Under the pieces are notes generated by a model. The model worked only from the letters and a program-made list of their open reading frames with translations. It made no database searches and was not told the origin of the DNA. Source: Vampirovibrionales bacterium (GTDB lineage Bacteria; Cyanobacteriota; Vampirovibrionia; Vampirovibrionales; Vampirovibrionaceae). From it: DNA of 64,000 nucleotides. Of this stretch, positions 60,804 to 64,000 are shown in pieces; the stretch's first letter is position 1, and each line of letters starts with the position of its first letter. The stretch is from assembly GCA_029866025.1 (NCBI GenBank), contig JARXAD010000006.1, positions 18,907-82,906 on the forward strand, written 5' to 3'. A program made the translations under genes and the position numbers.

Positions 60804-62162
60804 ATGCCAACCTCTACCCTTGAAGCCCCTGCCATCACGGCGTCTCCTGTCTACACCGAGCTACTCAAACGCTTGGAAGCTCGCACCGCAACCATTGCCG
60901 TGGTAGGCATGGGCTATGTGGGCTTACCCCTAGCGGTTTGCGTTGCCAAAGCAGGCTTTAAGGCCATTGGCTTTGACATTGGCGAACAACGCGTGGCTCA
61001 ACTAAACAAGGGCGAAAGCTACATTACGGACGTCACCACCGAAGAATTGGCTCCCTTGGTAGCCAATGGCAGTGTGGCCGCCACCACCGATATGAGCCGC
61101 CTGGCAGAAGCCGACGTGGTAGTGATTTGCGTCCCCACCCCCTTAACCCCCAACCAAACGCCGGATATTACCTACATTGAGGCCACCGGCAGAACCATTG
61201 CCCAATACCTTCGCCCCGGCCAGTTGGTAACGCTGGAAAGCACCACCTACCCCGGCACCACCGAAGAAGTGTTACAACCCCTGCTGGAAACCAGCGGCCT
61301 GACCTTGGGCATTGACTTTTTCTTGGCCTATTCCCCAGAGCGTGTGGACCCCGGCAACGAACGCTACACCACCCACAACACCAACAAGGTATTAGGCGGT
61401 GTCACGCCTGCGTGTTTGCAAGCCGCCAAAACCTTTTACCAGTCCATTATTCAAAACATTGTTGCGGTAAGCAGCCCCGGCTGTGCCGAAATGGTGAAAG
61501 TGTTTGAGAACACCTTTCGTGCGGTGAATATTGCTCTCGTTAACGAGCTGGCCCTGCTGTGCGACCCCATGAACCTGAACATTTGGGAAGTGGTGGAAGC
61601 CGCCGGTACCAAACCCTTTGGCATGATGACTTTTTACCCCGGCCCCGGTGTGGGCGGCCATTGCATCCCCATTGATCCCTTTTACTTGGCGTGGAAAGCC
61701 CGTGAGTATAAATTCCAGACCCGCTTTATTGAGCTGGCAGGGGAAATTAACGCCGGTATGCCTCGCTTTGTGCGTGAAAAGGTCATTCGCGCCCTTGGCA
61801 AACAGCGTAAGTCGGTAGCCGGTAGCACCATACTGCTGCTGGGCATGGCGTATAAAAAAGATCTCGGCGACTGGCGGGATTCGCCCGCCGTGGATGTATT
61901 TGAGATTTTGCAAGGCGATGATGCCAACGTGATTTACCACGATCCCTACGTGCCCACCATGACGGATGGCAACGGCCAAAGTCACGCTTCGGTGGCGCTA
62001 ACCCCAGATACCTTGGCCACCGTGGATTGCGTCGTCATTGTGACGGATCACACCTGCGTGGATACCCAGTGGGTGGTGGAAAACAGTGCCTTGGTGGTGG
62101 ATACTCGCAACGCGACCAAAGCCATTACCGGTTCGCTGCGCGATAAAATCGTTCTGTTGTAA
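60804..62162 (+). CDS. UDP-N-acetyl-hexosamine 6-dehydrogenase (WecC/WbpA-type nucleotide-sugar dehydrogenase)
   Basis: N-terminal Rossmann VVGMGYVGLP, catalytic Cys region GPGVGGHCIPID. Confidence 0.85.
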   Translation: MPTSTLEAPAITASPVYTELLKRLEARTATIAVVGMGYVGLPLAVCVAKAGFKAIGFDIGEQRVAQLNKGESYITDVTTEELAPLVANGSVAATTDMSRLAEADVVVICVPTPLTPNQTPDITYIEATGRTIAQYLRPGQLVTLESTTYPGTTEEVLQPLLETSGLTLGIDFFLAYSPERVDPGNERYTTHNTNKVLGGVTPACLQAAKTFYQSIIQNIVAVSSPGCAEMVKVFENTFRAVNIALVNELALLCDPMNLNIWEVVEAAGTKPFGMMTFYPGPGVGGHCIPIDPFYLAWKAREYKFQTRFIELAGEINAGMPRFVREKVIRALGKQRKSVAGSTILLLGMAYKKDLGDWRDSPAVDVFEILQGDDANVIYHDPYVPTMTDGNGQSHASVALTPDTLATVDCVVIVTDHTCVDTQWVVENSALVVDTRNATKAITGSLRDKIVLL

Positions 62163-62340
62163 GCACACCTTCTCTCCGTAAGGGCGTTCTCATGGGATTT
62201 TCTGTCTCACAAGCAACCTATTCCATCACCCCTCAGTTTGGTAAGCAGGGTTGGTGGCGACGATTTAAGTATAACTATTTCCCTTTTACAGGGGCACAAC
62301 GACCTGTACAAAATGCGGATTTAAAATTGGATACACTAGC

Positions 62341-63312
62341 ATGAACATTTTACTGATTGGCTGTGGTTACTGGGGTAAAAACTGGGCCAACACCCTCTTT
62401 GAGGCCGGTGAGCTGGCCGCCATTTGCGAAGCCAACACCTCCATTCACGCAGATCTGACAGCCGCCTACCCTGGCGTTACGCTGGTGAGCAGTTTGGACG
62501 AAGCACTGGCATTGACGGATATTGAAGCGGCTGTGGTGGCCACGCCCGTGTTTACCCATGCAGAAACGGCACGCCGTTGCCTACAAAACAACTGGCACGT
62601 GTTGGTGGAAAAACCCCTCACCGACGACCCTGTAACCGCTGCCGACTTGGTGGCCTTGGCTGCCGAACGTGGCAAAACCTTGGCCGTGGGTCACATTTGT
62701 TTGTTTTACCCAGGCTGGCAACGCCTCAAAGAACTCATGGCCGACGGCACGCTGGGCGACATCAAAAGCATTACCTGCACACGCGAAAAACTGGGCATTG
62801 TGCGCAACGAAGAAGACGTGTGGTGGAGCTTTGCCCCCCATGATATTTCGCTGATAGCCGACGTGTTTGACGGCCCGCTAACGGTGCAAAGCGTTGCCAG
62901 TACTTATGAACTGGGCCGCCCCGCCATTGCGGACCATGTGACCGCCGTACTCACCACAACTGCGGGCCAAACCGCCACCATTCGCGTTGGTTGGCTAACA
63001 CCCAACAAACGCTTTGAAACCGTGGTGGTGGGCAGCAAAGCCATTGCCTGTCTGGATCATGCAGGGCAGCCACAAACCCTAACAGTGCAAGCCATTACTG
63101 CCGATAGCAAAGGGGCTATACGCTACAATACCCCCGCCACGCGCGAAACCTTTGAGATGGCGTCGCCCTTGTCCATTCAACTCAACGCATTTTTAGGCGC
63201 CATTCGCAACGGAGCACCCCTGCCCAATACCGGTTTGAATGGGGCACAGGTGGTTTCTGTGTTAGCGGAGGTTGCTCAGGAACTCAACAAAAAAAATTTG
63301 GTGATTGTTTAA
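62341..63312 (+). CDS. Gfo/Idh/MocA-family oxidoreductase (WbpB-like, nucleotide-sugar oxidation)
   Basis: N-terminal Rossmann MNILLIGCGYWGKNWA, EKP motif. Confidence 0.75.
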   Translation: MNILLIGCGYWGKNWANTLFEAGELAAICEANTSIHADLTAAYPGVTLVSSLDEALALTDIEAAVVATPVFTHAETARRCLQNNWHVLVEKPLTDDPVTAADLVALAAERGKTLAVGHICLFYPGWQRLKELMADGTLGDIKSITCTREKLGIVRNEEDVWWSFAPHDISLIADVFDGPLTVQSVASTYELGRPAIADHVTAVLTTTAGQTATIRVGWLTPNKRFETVVVGSKAIACLDHAGQPQTLTVQAITADSKGAIRYNTPATRETFEMASPLSIQLNAFLGAIRNGAPLPNTGLNGAQVVSVLAEVAQELNKKNLVIV

Positions 63313-63675
63313 GCCATTAAAAACCAACATTGCTCGACGGATATCGCTTGCTCCTGTTTTATAAAGCCAGCTTGCTGGCAATTAAAAAGCCGAGCTCTGG
63401 TTTCGCTCGGCTTTGAGTCGATAAATTAAATACTTCGGTAATTAATATTCGCCTATCATTACGGCGTTTAACACTCTCTCTTGACGAAAACAACACTCGT
63501 ATAAATTTAAATAAAGTTTTAATAGATAAGAATAAATAACGAATAATTTAGATAATTAAAACCCTAATGATTGCAAGGTTTGGCCAATCAGAAAAATAGT
63601 TTACTGAAATAAATAAAAACGAATAAAGTAACTTGAATAGCAAAATAATTAAATTAATTAAGGGGAGCTTGCTCC

Positions 63676-63852
63676 CTATTTTTTGAGGACGTCTTTGACG
63701 ATAGCCCAGGCGACATCGAGGGTTTGGGGCTGGATGTTGGCGACGCTCATGTCGTTAAACGAGTAGGAAGCGGGCACTTCCCAGTGGCTGCTGGTAGGCA
63801 CAGGGACGGCAACGTTGCAGAGGGTTTCTTGGCTGCGGGCTTGAATAAACAT
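63676..63852 (-). CDS. 58-aa hypothetical ORF (GC-rich patch in AT-rich DNA)
   Basis: ATG with AGGAAA 8 nt upstream; below the ORF-track length cutoff; no motif. Confidence 0.2.
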   Translation of the reverse strand: MFIQARSQETLCNVAVPVPTSSHWEVPASYSFNDMSVANIQPQTLDVAWAIVKDVLKK

Positions 63853-64000
63853 GAGGGATGATTTCCTTATCTATAGGGGGGAGTGTGTCATGGGAAGTTA
63901 AAATTGTGGAAGTTGACTAAAATAAATAAGTGGTTAATAAAAAAAACGACGATTGTTAAACCTATCAAAACGGTGCCCTTGGGCACTTTATATAGATCGC

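Overview
This 64-kb window looks like a proteobacterial chromosomal segment of roughly 50-55% GC that mixes housekeeping genes with several accessory modules.

Left to right:
- an RlmB-family rRNA methyltransferase with a long disordered N-terminal extension;
- carB, with no adjacent carA;
- a (TACC)15 tetranucleotide array sitting between an RBS+ATG and a SAM-dependent methyltransferase ORF, which is a candidate translational phase-variation switch;
- a fatty-acid desaturase;
- a giant 2871-aa cyclic beta-1,2-glucan synthase (NdvB/Cgs type), preceded by a translationally coupled Lys-rich mini-ORF containing an A8 tract;
- a ~14-kb segment bounded by a 31-bp direct repeat of the 3' end of an intact tRNA-Phe(GAA), with 19-bp iteron-like motifs just inside both ends and no integrase, so a probable genomic-island remnant. 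It carries a signalling cluster: a membrane histidine kinase, a REC protein with unknown output domain, an HTH-REC regulator, an HD-GYP response regulator broken by an in-frame TGA, a CBS protein and a PAS-HK/LuxR-RR pair. It also carries a non-canonical Rieske/cytochrome b operon with two extra polytopic membrane subunits, one with a C-terminal monoheme c domain, and a universal stress protein;
- a methionine-salvage cluster (aminotransferase, mtnB-mtnD-mtnC) and SelO;
- a two-partner secretion locus with a GT4 glycosyltransferase, a TpsB transporter and a 2620-aa TpsA with internal duplications and Gly/Ser/Tyr-rich linkers;
- an ORF-poor 1.3-kb palindrome-rich spacer;
- pilC and pilB without pilD;
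- prmC, cysK (with a paired 20-bp palindrome in its divergent promoter), a cyclase/kynurenine-formamidase-like gene and eda;
- a wecB / UDP-sugar dehydrogenase / Gfo-Idh-MocA oxidoreductase cell-surface sugar cluster ending in AT-rich DNA.

Every functional call rests on motif and architecture recognition by eye, not on searches.
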